Source: a virus. Taken from it: a stretch of 64,000 nucleotides of DNA. Every line of letters begins with the position of its first letter. The first letter of the stretch is position 1. The notes below the pieces were generated by a model. The model made no database searches. It saw nothing but the letters and a program-made list of their open reading frames with translations, and was not told where the DNA came from. The stretch spans positions 1-64,000 of the IMG/VR virus record IMGVR_UViG_3300030098_005194; one strand, written 5' to 3'. Below, in pieces: positions 37,129 to 46,693 of this stretch. The translations under genes were made by a program, and so were the position numbers.

Positions 37129-37911
37129 ATGAACGTCCTAAGTGTTTTTGATGGAATGTCTTGTGGACAAATTGCTCTAGAGAGAGCAGGTATCAATGTC
37201 AAAAATTATTTTGCATCTGAGATTGATAAGTACACTATTCAAATCGCTAAGAAAAACTACCCTGACACAATACATGTTGGTGACGTTACTAAGCTCAAGG
37301 GTTCAGACATACCTGTTGAGATAGACCTACTAATGGGAGGCTCTCCCTGTCAAGGATTTAGTTTTGCTCAAGGTGGTAAGGAGCTTAATTTTGACGACCC
37401 TAGAAGTAGATTGTTTTTTGAGTTTGTTAGATTATTGAAAGAATGTAAACCGAGGTATTTTTTATTGGAAAACGTGAAAATGAATCAAAAATCGCAGGAT
37501 ATAATAACGCGATTTCTAGATGTTGAACCTGTCAAAATCAATAGTGATGTATTTGTAGGGCAGAATAGAGAGCGTTTGTACTGGACTAATTTAGAAATAA
37601 AACCTCTCCCTAAAAGACCAGAATGGGATGGCCAATATTACCAATGGAGGAGGACTTATTTTAGAGAGAATAAATCAGGAGTTTGTCCATGTCTAACTGC
37701 TAATATGGGTACTGGAGGGCATAACGTACCTTTGAAATCAAAAAACTTAGCAGATAAATTAACACCAGTTGAGTGTGAAAGATTACAAACTATACCGGAA
37801 AATTATACTGAAGGTGTATCTAATACACAGAGGTATAAAATGATAGGAAACGGATGGACTGTTGATGTTATTGCACACATTCTTAGTGAGTTATGCTTAG
37901 ATAAAAAATAA
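37129..37911 (+). CDS. C5-cytosine DNA methyltransferase
   Basis: VLSVFDG, GGSPCQ, ENV, QNRER, RLQT, GNGW. Confidence 0.93.
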   Translation: MNVLSVFDGMSCGQIALERAGINVKNYFASEIDKYTIQIAKKNYPDTIHVGDVTKLKGSDIPVEIDLLMGGSPCQGFSFAQGGKELNFDDPRSRLFFEFVRLLKECKPRYFLLENVKMNQKSQDIITRFLDVEPVKINSDVFVGQNRERLYWTNLEIKPLPKRPEWDGQYYQWRRTYFRENKSGVCPCLTANMGTGGHNVPLKSKNLADKLTPVECERLQTIPENYTEGVSNTQRYKMIGNGWTVDVIAHILSELCLDKK

Positions 37912-38128
37912 TATAGTATTGACTTACTTAATATTTTCAGTGGTTTTTAGTTGCGTTTGGCCACTACACAGAATCAGGGGGGTTTCTACAGTAAAAAGCG
38001 GGATGTTTCTTTCGTTCCATTCTCAGTAGTGAGTGTATTTTTCCAATTTTCGTTTTGTATGCACTACCCGTTTTTCCCTCCCTAAGTATCTAAACAAGCA
38101 AAAAGAAAATATAGTATTGGTTTACTTA
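37910..38128 (+). repeat. 21-bp direct repeat (19/21) flanking about 175 nt of non-coding DNA; probable second promoter class
   Basis: AATATAGTATTGACTTACTTA (37910-37930) and AATATAGTATTGGTTTACTTA (38108-38128). Confidence 0.6.
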
Positions 38129-38135
38129 TTACACC

Positions 38136-38429
38136 ATGAGTTTGTTTCGGTGGTTTGCGCGTAAGTTAATGGGTATAATGGGTAATGTGTATGTATGGTT
38201 GGACAAACGGGTAGAATATACCAAAGAAGAAGTCAGCAGTGTACTCGGTTTGCCAATTGATGAGGACCTACAAATAAGCTCAAGATACGAATTATGCAGA
38301 CGTGTAGAAGATACCTTTGGGATACCAAAAGAGTCTTTTTGGAGTTTACATAGCACTCAGAAAATAAGGTTTGCAGTGCAACAAGCTAGAAATCTGCAAG
38401 CAAATAAGGGAGTTGTTGCTAGTGAGTAA
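38136..38429 (+). CDS. hypothetical protein with amphipathic N-terminus (probably leaderless)
   Basis: ATG 7 nt after repeat copy 2; no SD. Confidence 0.7.
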   Translation: MSLFRWFARKLMGIMGNVYVWLDKRVEYTKEEVSSVLGLPIDEDLQISSRYELCRRVEDTFGIPKESFWSLHSTQKIRFAVQQARNLQANKGVVASE

Positions 38430-38713
38430 CTACACTGTTGAAATGGATTTTACAATTTACTACAATCAAGGAGAGGAATACTATGTGTAAACATCCAGAG
38501 TGCAAAAGCTGGACTAACCCGTTCACCAACCTGTGTTTTTACCACACTCTCTGGGGTGACGAGGAATGAGCATCATATATGACCTGATGAAATCCTTGCT
38601 CATGATTAATATTGAAGATTTGGAGGAGATAGAATAGACTCTGATGATGACGTTGGCGGAGTTGAGTTTCCAAGATTCTGGCACTGGGTAGCTACCAAAG
38701 TGGGTCTTCTGCT

Positions 38714-39031
38714 CTAACAGTCCACAGCGTCAGTGAAGCCCTCTTGGGTCTTCAGATGCAGGTAGCACTGCTTCAGTAAGTTATACTGAGTCTTAGTGTT
38801 AGCAGTGTCCAATTCAAATTCGCCATTGAAACTACTGATTGCCGATGCGTCTTGCTCGTAGGCATCGTCACTGGCATACACCTTACCACGATATTTGACA
38901 TTGAATGACTTTACTTTATCACCATCCCCAGTGATATCTACCCTCTTATCCACACGGGCATCAACTATGACGCAATATGCGTAATCGCATGTTATTCCGA
39001 ACTCTGTCTCGTACTCTACCTTCAATGCCAT
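38714..39031 (-). CDS. tail-associated / tail-fibre chaperone-like small protein
   Basis: Last gene of the structural operon; GGAGGAG SD; C-terminal QCYLHLKTQEGFTDAVDC. Confidence 0.55.
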   Translation of the reverse strand: MALKVEYETEFGITCDYAYCVIVDARVDKRVDITGDGDKVKSFNVKYRGKVYASDDAYEQDASAISSFNGEFELDTANTKTQYNLLKQCYLHLKTQEGFTDAVDC

Positions 39032-39071
39032 ACCTTCTCCTCCATATTTTTCTTTATTAAACATTTATCAC

Positions 39072-39677
39072 TTACGAGAATGTGTACTCTATATTTACAG
39101 AAGCAACAGCACTACCACCTGCGCTAGTGGCTGTGCAAGTAATAACCGTGTGCCATACATCACCTGCTGCTGGCATTAAAAATCCAGCCTTACTACCACC
39201 AAAAGTCAATCTAGCCTTTTCACCCACTCCATCATCAGTACCAGAGATAGCGAGAGAGTTTTGTGCTGTGCTTGCCGTCCCTATGATAGAAGCACTATTG
39301 CCGTTTGATAGGCTGTTGTTCTCACCTATGCTAACATCCCACTCAAATGTAGTACCAGCGGGCATACCACCAGCAGCAGAGGTGGTTAAGAAGCCACCAA
39401 ACTCCAAAGTTGCAGCGGATGCATTACCGGTGTACGCAGAAAGCACATCACTTGAGGCTATAGTAGCTTGATAAGCACCATTACTGAAACTGCTACCATC
39501 GTGGGCAAATGGTGAAGAAAATGGCTCAACTTCTGCTATATCAACGGCATCATTGTTACCGCTACCGGAGGAGGGGTCATAATCGAATATTCTCAAACCC
39601 GATGGTGCGGCTACAGTAGCATTTGCCGTTTTCAGTTGTTGTGCGACACCAGCGACACCTACCATTATCGAAGCCAT
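39072..39677 (-). CDS. Ser/Ala/Gly-rich beta-sandwich-like virion protein
   Basis: Composition and position downstream of the fibre genes. Confidence 0.6.
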   Translation of the reverse strand: MASIMVGVAGVAQQLKTANATVAAPSGLRIFDYDPSSGSGNNDAVDIAEVEPFSSPFAHDGSSFSNGAYQATIASSDVLSAYTGNASAATLEFGGFLTTSAAGGMPAGTTFEWDVSIGENNSLSNGNSASIIGTASTAQNSLAISGTDDGVGEKARLTFGGSKAGFLMPAAGDVWHTVITCTATSAGGSAVASVNIEYTFS

Positions 39678-39682
39678 CTCAA

Positions 39683-41329
39683 TCACCCAATGTATATCCA
39701 AGTGTTAGCAGCAACCGCCACATAGGTTCTAGCAGTCTCATCAGACATAGCAGCATGAGCAGTCCACCCTGATGCTATTGCGTTTGATGTACCAAGTGCG
39801 GGTGTTGCTGAACCACCTGTGTTGTTGATGATTGTGTATTGCTGACCCGACTCTGCTGTTGCAGGTAGAGTCAGTGTACCTGCCGTCCAGTAGACGTATG
39901 AGCCGGATTGAGCATCTGTGAGTGTTGTGTTGCCACTTACCGCCTTTACCTTAATCTTGAGAGCCTTGATTCCGTTTGAATCTCCCTTTATCCAAGTAAC
40001 CCCACCATCACCACTACCTATGATAATCTGGTCATCACCTGTTGCGACATCAACATCAAAGTTACCAATTACTAGATTGTTATCTCCCGTAGTGATATTA
40101 TCCCCTGCTTGATACCCAATGCAGATATTGCTATCAGCAGCACCGGACATATTCCCTCCCGCTATATAGCCAATTAGAGTGTTGTTGCCACCACTAGCAA
40201 TACCATCACCAGCCATAGAGCCGATAATTACGTTATAAGAGGCGTTGAGGCTTTTTCCAGCTTCTCTCCCAATAAATACGTTATTTGTACTACTGCTAGC
40301 AGTTGAGCCAGCATTGTAACCTACTGCTGTATTAGAACCCCCGCCGGTCAAAGCAGTTAGGGCACTCCACCCAACAGCAACATTTGCAGAAGCACCTGCT
40401 CCGTTATCTATAGTATATGCACCAATACATACGTTATCTTCTCCGTAAGTTATTGACTTGCCCGCATGATGGCCGATATATACTGCTTCATGTGAGTTAG
40501 TAACGCTTTTACCGGCTTCTGTTCCTATGGCTACGTTACTATGTCCAGAAGTCATACCAGCAGAAAATACATCTTTTCCTATTCCTATGTTATCTGTTGC
40601 ACTACTTAGTGTGCCGCCTTGAGGTGGGGCTGCACCATCCGGTGAAATTAGAATACTGTCTGTGAAGTTAGTGGTGTTGCTGATTACATCTGTTAAATCA
40701 TTGAGAGCAGAAGCACCACCACCTGCATTAGCATCGACATACGCCTTTATGTTTCCTTGAGTTGCCAATTTGGTATCTGATGTACCAAGGTTATCGTTAT
40801 CCTCTATCTCAGTGACCCTAGCCCCACTTCCAATCTGTAATCCTGAATCACTGATATTGAACCTAGCAGTTCCTCCTGTTTGGAAAGACTGCGTATCTGT
40901 GCCAAATGCGATTTTGTTGTTAGTGTCTCCTGAGTGAATTAAGTCACTAGCGAGTGTGACTGTTGAGAACGTCACATCGTCTGAGGTTCCAACAGCCTGA
41001 CCTATTGCTACATCATTTGCATTGACAGTCACACCAGTCCCTGCCCCTACTGCTAGGGTTCTAGTGGATGCGATAGTGCCTCCACCAGTCAGACCATTAC
41101 CAGCAGATATTGAAACGCCACTGTGGTCTATGTGTTCATTTGCCACGAAATCAGAGAAGCCATCATGGAAAGCACCACCTGATACTGCAACTGCTGTTCC
41201 ACCAAGAGTAATTGCATCAGCCTCTAACGTACCATCAACATCTACGTCCCCCGATATATCGAGGCTAGCTGCCGTTACACCTTCGACAACTACAAGCCCT
41301 TTTTTTACCTTAAAATCTTTCTCTGACAA
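39683..41329 (-). CDS. tail fibre / receptor-binding protein with NxxIG beta-roll repeats
   Basis: About 14-aa repeats NVAIG, NVCIG, NVAVG, NTAVG, NVFIG, NTLIG, NICIG. Confidence 0.75.
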   Translation of the reverse strand: MSEKDFKVKKGLVVVEGVTAASLDISGDVDVDGTLEADAITLGGTAVAVSGGAFHDGFSDFVANEHIDHSGVSISAGNGLTGGGTIASTRTLAVGAGTGVTVNANDVAIGQAVGTSDDVTFSTVTLASDLIHSGDTNNKIAFGTDTQSFQTGGTARFNISDSGLQIGSGARVTEIEDNDNLGTSDTKLATQGNIKAYVDANAGGGASALNDLTDVISNTTNFTDSILISPDGAAPPQGGTLSSATDNIGIGKDVFSAGMTSGHSNVAIGTEAGKSVTNSHEAVYIGHHAGKSITYGEDNVCIGAYTIDNGAGASANVAVGWSALTALTGGGSNTAVGYNAGSTASSSTNNVFIGREAGKSLNASYNVIIGSMAGDGIASGGNNTLIGYIAGGNMSGAADSNICIGYQAGDNITTGDNNLVIGNFDVDVATGDDQIIIGSGDGGVTWIKGDSNGIKALKIKVKAVSGNTTLTDAQSGSYVYWTAGTLTLPATAESGQQYTIINNTGGSATPALGTSNAIASGWTAHAAMSDETARTYVAVAANTWIYIG

Positions 41330-41354
41330 ATTACCACCATGATTTCACTTTCCA

Positions 41355-43907
41355 TCATAATACGAGTTGTGTTGCTACTGCTCTGAATTTGTAGTTTTCA
41401 GAAGATGAACCTACTGGGTCATACTTCACAACTACGTTGTCGCTGCTTACTGTGGCTGTGATTGTCGCTAGGTCTGTGGTTGTACTCATGTAACCATATG
41501 TCGTGAGTTGAACATCGGACCCGCTTCTCCATTGGACAAGTGTTTCACCCATCTCAAATTGTGCTGTGCTAGCATCTCCAGTGGTTAGAAGCTCTACTGA
41601 CCACACTATCTTAGCTGCTCTGAAAACAGTCTTATCGAAGGTAAAGAGGTCGATTGCTGCACCACTTGAAGAAGAGGCGCTGTTACTAGAATTAACTCCT
41701 AATACTGATACGCTGTTGACACCTAGAGTAGTCCCATTTACTTGACCAGCCGAACTGTATATCACAGCCTTGCTATTAACTATACTACCAGCGGAAGAAC
41801 CATCCACCAGATTCAGCTCGGTGGCAGTGGATGAGATGTTTGTACCGCCGATATCAAGGGTGGTAGCGCTTAACTCGCCCGCAACAGTGACTATGCCGCT
41901 TGCTACTGTAATCAAGTCGGTGTCTCCAGTGTGACCAATGTTTGAGCCGTTTATGAGGACGTTATCGACTGTCAGGGTTGTCAGTGTACCCACAGATGTC
42001 AAGCTAGAGCTTACGACACCTGACCCCAGCGTTGTTGCATTCAACACTGTCGTGCCATTGATGCTAAGGTGCTTACCATTGGCCAAGTCCAAATCATCTG
42101 AGACTTGGAATCCGTGGCTACTGTCGTACTGAATGCTGTGTAGACTTGTGCCCGGCACGAAGATACCGCTACCGTCAGCAGTTGCTTCAGTGGTGTTGGC
42201 AGAGGAATGTTGCATAGTAGCACCAGCACCCACTGTACCAGAAGTACCATGACCATCTAGCACGAAAGTGTTAGTTGCTACACTGCTTACGGTATATACT
42301 CCATCTGTAATGCTATTACCCATGTTTGAGACAAATATGGATTCGCCATTTGAGAAACCGTGACTTGCAGATGTCACTGTGACCGTCGAGGAGCTTCTAG
42401 CATATGTGGCGTCTTCCATTCCACCAGCTATGCCCAGAAGCATCGATTTGTCTTCGGCCACGATTGCCGTGGTGTTGATTACAGTCTGGTCCCCGTTTAC
42501 AGTTAAATTACCAGTGATTGTCACGTTGTCACCAAAAGTAACCTCTGAGGTTCCATGTCCAATCGTAATCGCTGTGCCAGATATACCAGTCCCTAGCAGA
42601 ATAGCCTCGCTGCTGTTAGCAGTAGAAACTGAAAAATACACATCTGAACCTTGTTTGATTGTGAAAGCAGCATCATCGTTATCATCCATAGCTACGTTTA
42701 TGCTACTACCATCAGCAGATATGCTGTCAAGAGCTATATCCCCGACATTTGTTATATTTCCATCAGATACGCTCAAGCTATCTACTGTGGCCGCACCAGT
42801 GTTAAATGTGCTACTACCGTTGTCTATGTTACCGAATCCTGATGATATTGCCCCAGCGTCTAGTGTGCCAACTGATGTAATCTGCGTTTGTGCTGCATCC
42901 ACAGCAAGCACACCACTTGAAGCAGTTAGTCCAGTGCCATCTATTGCGGCTATGATATCAGCTAACGATTCCTTTCTTGTTGCATTAGAGTCATTTGCAT
43001 CTATTATGGCTATGCTATCATTGGCTATATCCACAGCGGCAGCAGTTAGACCATTCAAATCTAAACTGAAAGTAAGGTCGTAAGGGTCACCATCTGAACC
43101 ATTTGATGTATCAGTCCAATTGATATCAAGACCACCAGTATCAATAAATTTGACTTCTTTATTTTCATCAATGGTAACTTCAGTGCCATCGCCGTCTTCT
43201 AGCACGAATCCGCTCCCCATGCCATCTGCGCCAGAGGCTGAATTAGTTGGCTCCCATACACCACTTGAACCGTTATAAGCCAAAACTTGACCATTAGAAG
43301 GAGTTGTTGCTATTCCTATCTTGGTAATTTCACCCGCGCTATTTATCCTGATGGATGTTTTGCTATCAACGCCATGAGTGCCATCCAGTCCTATTTCAAA
43401 GGTATCAGCGCTGTCATCGATACCCAATCTAAAATTTTTCTCGTTACCAAGAAAACGGAGCATGGTGTCCTCTGCTCCGCTATCACCTATCGATAGGGTT
43501 GGCGTAGTACCAAGGACTTGAACATCCTGATGGAATTCCACTAACTCAGAGCTATTAGTGGTAATAATTTTCATGTAGTTGTCTCCAGTGCTACTCACTA
43601 TACCAAGAGCCCCAGATTGGTTGTCAACGATGGTGATGCCAATGTCAGTGTTGTCAGCAGTAATGGTATCCAATGCTATTGAGCCTACGTTCGTGATATT
43701 CTGGTCGTTGAAAGAAGTGGCTTTATGCAAGGTAATCGCTTCAGAGCTATTTGTCGTATCAAGAGTTATGTAGGCATTAGAGCCCTCTTTCACAACTAAT
43801 GATGTGCTACTGTTATCCAATATCTTCACAGAGGATGCGGCTTTGAACTCCAAATCCCCATTCTCTACAGTCAATCCTTTCTTTACTTTAAAATCACGCT
43901 CGGTCAT
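41355..43907 (-). CDS. tail fibre-like protein (850 aa)
   Basis: Ser/Thr/Gly-rich repeats, GNLTVNG motif, modules shared with neighbours. Confidence 0.75.
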   Translation of the reverse strand: MTERDFKVKKGLTVENGDLEFKAASSVKILDNSSTSLVVKEGSNAYITLDTTNSSEAITLHKATSFNDQNITNVGSIALDTITADNTDIGITIVDNQSGALGIVSSTGDNYMKIITTNSSELVEFHQDVQVLGTTPTLSIGDSGAEDTMLRFLGNEKNFRLGIDDSADTFEIGLDGTHGVDSKTSIRINSAGEITKIGIATTPSNGQVLAYNGSSGVWEPTNSASGADGMGSGFVLEDGDGTEVTIDENKEVKFIDTGGLDINWTDTSNGSDGDPYDLTFSLDLNGLTAAAVDIANDSIAIIDANDSNATRKESLADIIAAIDGTGLTASSGVLAVDAAQTQITSVGTLDAGAISSGFGNIDNGSSTFNTGAATVDSLSVSDGNITNVGDIALDSISADGSSINVAMDDNDDAAFTIKQGSDVYFSVSTANSSEAILLGTGISGTAITIGHGTSEVTFGDNVTITGNLTVNGDQTVINTTAIVAEDKSMLLGIAGGMEDATYARSSSTVTVTSASHGFSNGESIFVSNMGNSITDGVYTVSSVATNTFVLDGHGTSGTVGAGATMQHSSANTTEATADGSGIFVPGTSLHSIQYDSSHGFQVSDDLDLANGKHLSINGTTVLNATTLGSGVVSSSLTSVGTLTTLTVDNVLINGSNIGHTGDTDLITVASGIVTVAGELSATTLDIGGTNISSTATELNLVDGSSAGSIVNSKAVIYSSAGQVNGTTLGVNSVSVLGVNSSNSASSSSGAAIDLFTFDKTVFRAAKIVWSVELLTTGDASTAQFEMGETLVQWRSGSDVQLTTYGYMSTTTDLATITATVSSDNVVVKYDPVGSSSENYKFRAVATQLVL

Positions 43908-43910
43908 CTA

Positions 43911-46346
43911 CTATGCCACCATCCCTTGCCAAGTGACTCTCGCATCGTACTGAACACTGTTTATCTCTGGTGTGATAACTAAATTAAGGTTACCGCTAGA
44001 TACAGTGACGCTATAGGTCGCTTGGAGTGTTTCACTGGCGTTCGATTGCACAACGCCGTATGTTGTTATTCTACCATCAGAACCATCGTGGGTGACCACT
44101 GCTTCTGCCGCCTCAATGACTCTATTACCGGGACTACCACCGCCTGTACCATCATCGCCATCAACTTCTATCAAAAGCTTGGCTGAACGGAATTGGGATA
44201 CGGCAAACAGAGCCATTGTGATTACGTTGCTACCATTGTTGTCGGTGCTAGACAAAGTGCCTGTGACCTCACCAAAGCCCAAGTTGGCTATCTGTAGTGG
44301 AGCCAATGGTGTTGCTTGGTTAATACCGACTTTAGCGGGATTAGACCCGTCAGTATCCACTACGAAATCATTAGTATTGATAGCCACATCGCCTGAGCCT
44401 GTTATCGTTGAGAAGTTTCCAGCACCGTACACAGTGTCAAAGTAACCAGCGGTGAAACGTGTGGCATCTGCACCTATGTTGAAGCTACTGTCTGCGCTAG
44501 GGTATATGTTTTGATTGAAAGTCCAAGCATCATTGGCATTGCTCCATAGAATGCTTCTATCGCTTGCAGATTTGAGGATGAGTCCACCGCCGTCAGCATT
44601 AGCATCACTTGGGCTACCAACTGCATTGAGTTCCACATGCTTGTCATCCACAGTGATAGTGGTGCTTGAGATTGTGGTTGTGCTACCGCTAACAGTTAGG
44701 TCGCCTGTTACAATTAGATTCTGTCCTATCGTAACTGCTGCATCGCTTGGTCCTATCGATGTAATAGTCGGTTGTGCCGCATCAACTCCTATTACAGCGC
44801 TAGATGCAGTCAATCCTGTGCCAGCTAATAGCGTAGCAATATCGTCTATTGATTCCTTTCTTGTGGTATTAGAATCGGTTGCGTCAGCTATAGCGAGGAA
44901 ATCTCCAGATGCTATTGAGGCTGCAGTCAGGGAGTGTATTCCTACTGTGCTTGTGGCAAACAAAGTCGCAAAATTTCCAGTAGTCAGAACAGCATCAGCG
45001 TTTAATCTCAGATAAGTACCACTGCCACTGTCCTTCCACAGTGTATTGGCGGCAGTGCCGGGATTGCTGGAGGTTGGTGTAAACTCAAGACCAGTTGGCG
45101 CTTTTAGGAGCGAGCCGGACATAATGATAGGTCCACCGACATTCAAAGTGTTAGTGCCTGTAGTGAATGAGAGGTCAGTATCGGAAGTGAAACCGCTAGA
45201 CCCATCACTGAGTTGTATAAGTCCAGAAGCCCCTGATGCTGCCGTGGATGCTGATGTAGAGGAGAAAGCGGTGTACCAAGCAGTGCCATTGTAGACTATC
45301 ACAGCACCTGAGTTGCCGTTTATCGTTATGTCATTGGAACCATTCTCAAATGTTATTGCGTTACTGGAGTGCAGATTGCTAACATAAACAACGTGTCCGG
45401 GCGGGAATGGCGAGTCGCTTGTATCAGGAGTCAGAGTTATTGCGCTACTTGGAGTGAGTATGAAGAAGTTGTAACCATCGTACTCAAACGTCAAATCACT
45501 GCTAGGACTAGAGACTAGAGCCTTGTTGGGTCCAAGCCTATGGGTTCTCCTAGAACCACCCTGAGTGCCTGAGAAAAACAGGACATCTTCGCCAGCAGGG
45601 TCACTGCTCATCCAGAGGGCTCCTAAATCTGAAGCTGTAAATGCCCCGTTTTCAGTGCCACCGCCCTGCATACCATCCAAATCCTGATGCTCGTTGATTC
45701 TGTTGGAATCACTCACTGTGGCGCCAACTGCGCCAGTGGACATCCTACCGAGATAGATTGGGGAAGGTCTGATGAAGGTCCTGACATCGTAGATTGTCTG
45801 AATGTCTATGTCCATCGTTGTGCTGTTACTAGCATAATCGGCTTTGACTAAAGCTAATACCACAGTTTGGTCAACGTCGAGTGCGCCTCCCTCGTTCAAG
45901 AACGAGCTTGGCGTTACTGGGAAACTGGAAGTAGCGCTACTTCTCTCTATCCCTATTCTCTTTACGCCCGTAGAATTGTCGGTTGTGACATAAACCACGA
46001 AAATAACGGACTGTCCACTAGTTAGAGCAGAACCGTAACTTGAATTGTCCAAATCGACATTGAATGTGTCTGCTGGTGCGTTCGATGAGTATCCGCCAGC
46101 AAAATCGACTAGTAAGCCGTCTATTACAGCAAATCCTCCTTTTATTCTGATTGTGCTTGCATCGACTTTCGACACTGCACCTGATAAGGAGGCAGGGGTG
46201 TTTCTGATACCAGAGCCAGTTGCATAGTCCTCTAGCATGAAAACGCCGTTTCCATGAGCTGCTTCTAGCATGTTAGTCAGTGATGAGGAAAATATGAATC
46301 CCCCATCCTGCAAGTTGTCTGTGTGTGTTTTCAACGGATTTGACAT
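43911..46346 (-). CDS. tail fibre-like protein (811 aa)
   Basis: GDLTVSG and KVGIN..TP.APLQI fibre motifs; C-terminal domain shared with the 850-aa protein. Confidence 0.75.
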   Translation of the reverse strand: MSNPLKTHTDNLQDGGFIFSSSLTNMLEAAHGNGVFMLEDYATGSGIRNTPASLSGAVSKVDASTIRIKGGFAVIDGLLVDFAGGYSSNAPADTFNVDLDNSSYGSALTSGQSVIFVVYVTTDNSTGVKRIGIERSSATSSFPVTPSSFLNEGGALDVDQTVVLALVKADYASNSTTMDIDIQTIYDVRTFIRPSPIYLGRMSTGAVGATVSDSNRINEHQDLDGMQGGGTENGAFTASDLGALWMSSDPAGEDVLFFSGTQGGSRRTHRLGPNKALVSSPSSDLTFEYDGYNFFILTPSSAITLTPDTSDSPFPPGHVVYVSNLHSSNAITFENGSNDITINGNSGAVIVYNGTAWYTAFSSTSASTAASGASGLIQLSDGSSGFTSDTDLSFTTGTNTLNVGGPIIMSGSLLKAPTGLEFTPTSSNPGTAANTLWKDSGSGTYLRLNADAVLTTGNFATLFATSTVGIHSLTAASIASGDFLAIADATDSNTTRKESIDDIATLLAGTGLTASSAVIGVDAAQPTITSIGPSDAAVTIGQNLIVTGDLTVSGSTTTISSTTITVDDKHVELNAVGSPSDANADGGGLILKSASDRSILWSNANDAWTFNQNIYPSADSSFNIGADATRFTAGYFDTVYGAGNFSTITGSGDVAINTNDFVVDTDGSNPAKVGINQATPLAPLQIANLGFGEVTGTLSSTDNNGSNVITMALFAVSQFRSAKLLIEVDGDDGTGGGSPGNRVIEAAEAVVTHDGSDGRITTYGVVQSNASETLQATYSVTVSSGNLNLVITPEINSVQYDARVTWQGMVA

Positions 46347-46693
46347 TATTTCACCTCTATCAATAATTGGATTTTTATCTCATTCTCAGTTGTTTTGAGA
46401 ATTGGAGCGAAGACGTGTCTGCTTACTGGTGTGAAGCCACTGGTGTCCCTCATCTGAACATAGACTTCCTTGATGGTTTCATCGTAGCTTTCTGTTGTGG
46501 GTAGTGTGGCTTCCACTAACAGACTATTGCTATCAAGTATCTTGACGGTGGGGGTGAGAGTCACAGGGGCTGGTTTTCCGGGTGAGCCATCGCTACTAGT
46601 TGCAGGTGTACCATCGAAACCTACTTTGACTTCGTTTATGTTATTGGCGATAGTCTCCACCAAGAGCCTCTTCAAATAATCATTAACTGCCAT
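46346..46693 (-). CDS. small virion/tail protein
   Basis: 1-nt overlaps with both neighbours. Confidence 0.65.
   Translation of the reverse strand: MAVNDYLKRLLVETIANNINEVKVGFDGTPATSSDGSPGKPAPVTLTPTVKILDSNSLLVEATLPTTESYDETIKEVYVQMRDTSGFTPVSRHVFAPILKTTENEIKIQLLIEVK

Noticed and set aside
37938-38100. tRNA gene
   Set aside because: No cloverleaf or T-loop GTTCRA in a suitable context; kept only as an unclassified sRNA candidate
38422-38713. Several tiny ORFs at the strand-convergence point
   Set aside because: Under 30 codons with no motif support; cannot be called from sequence alone
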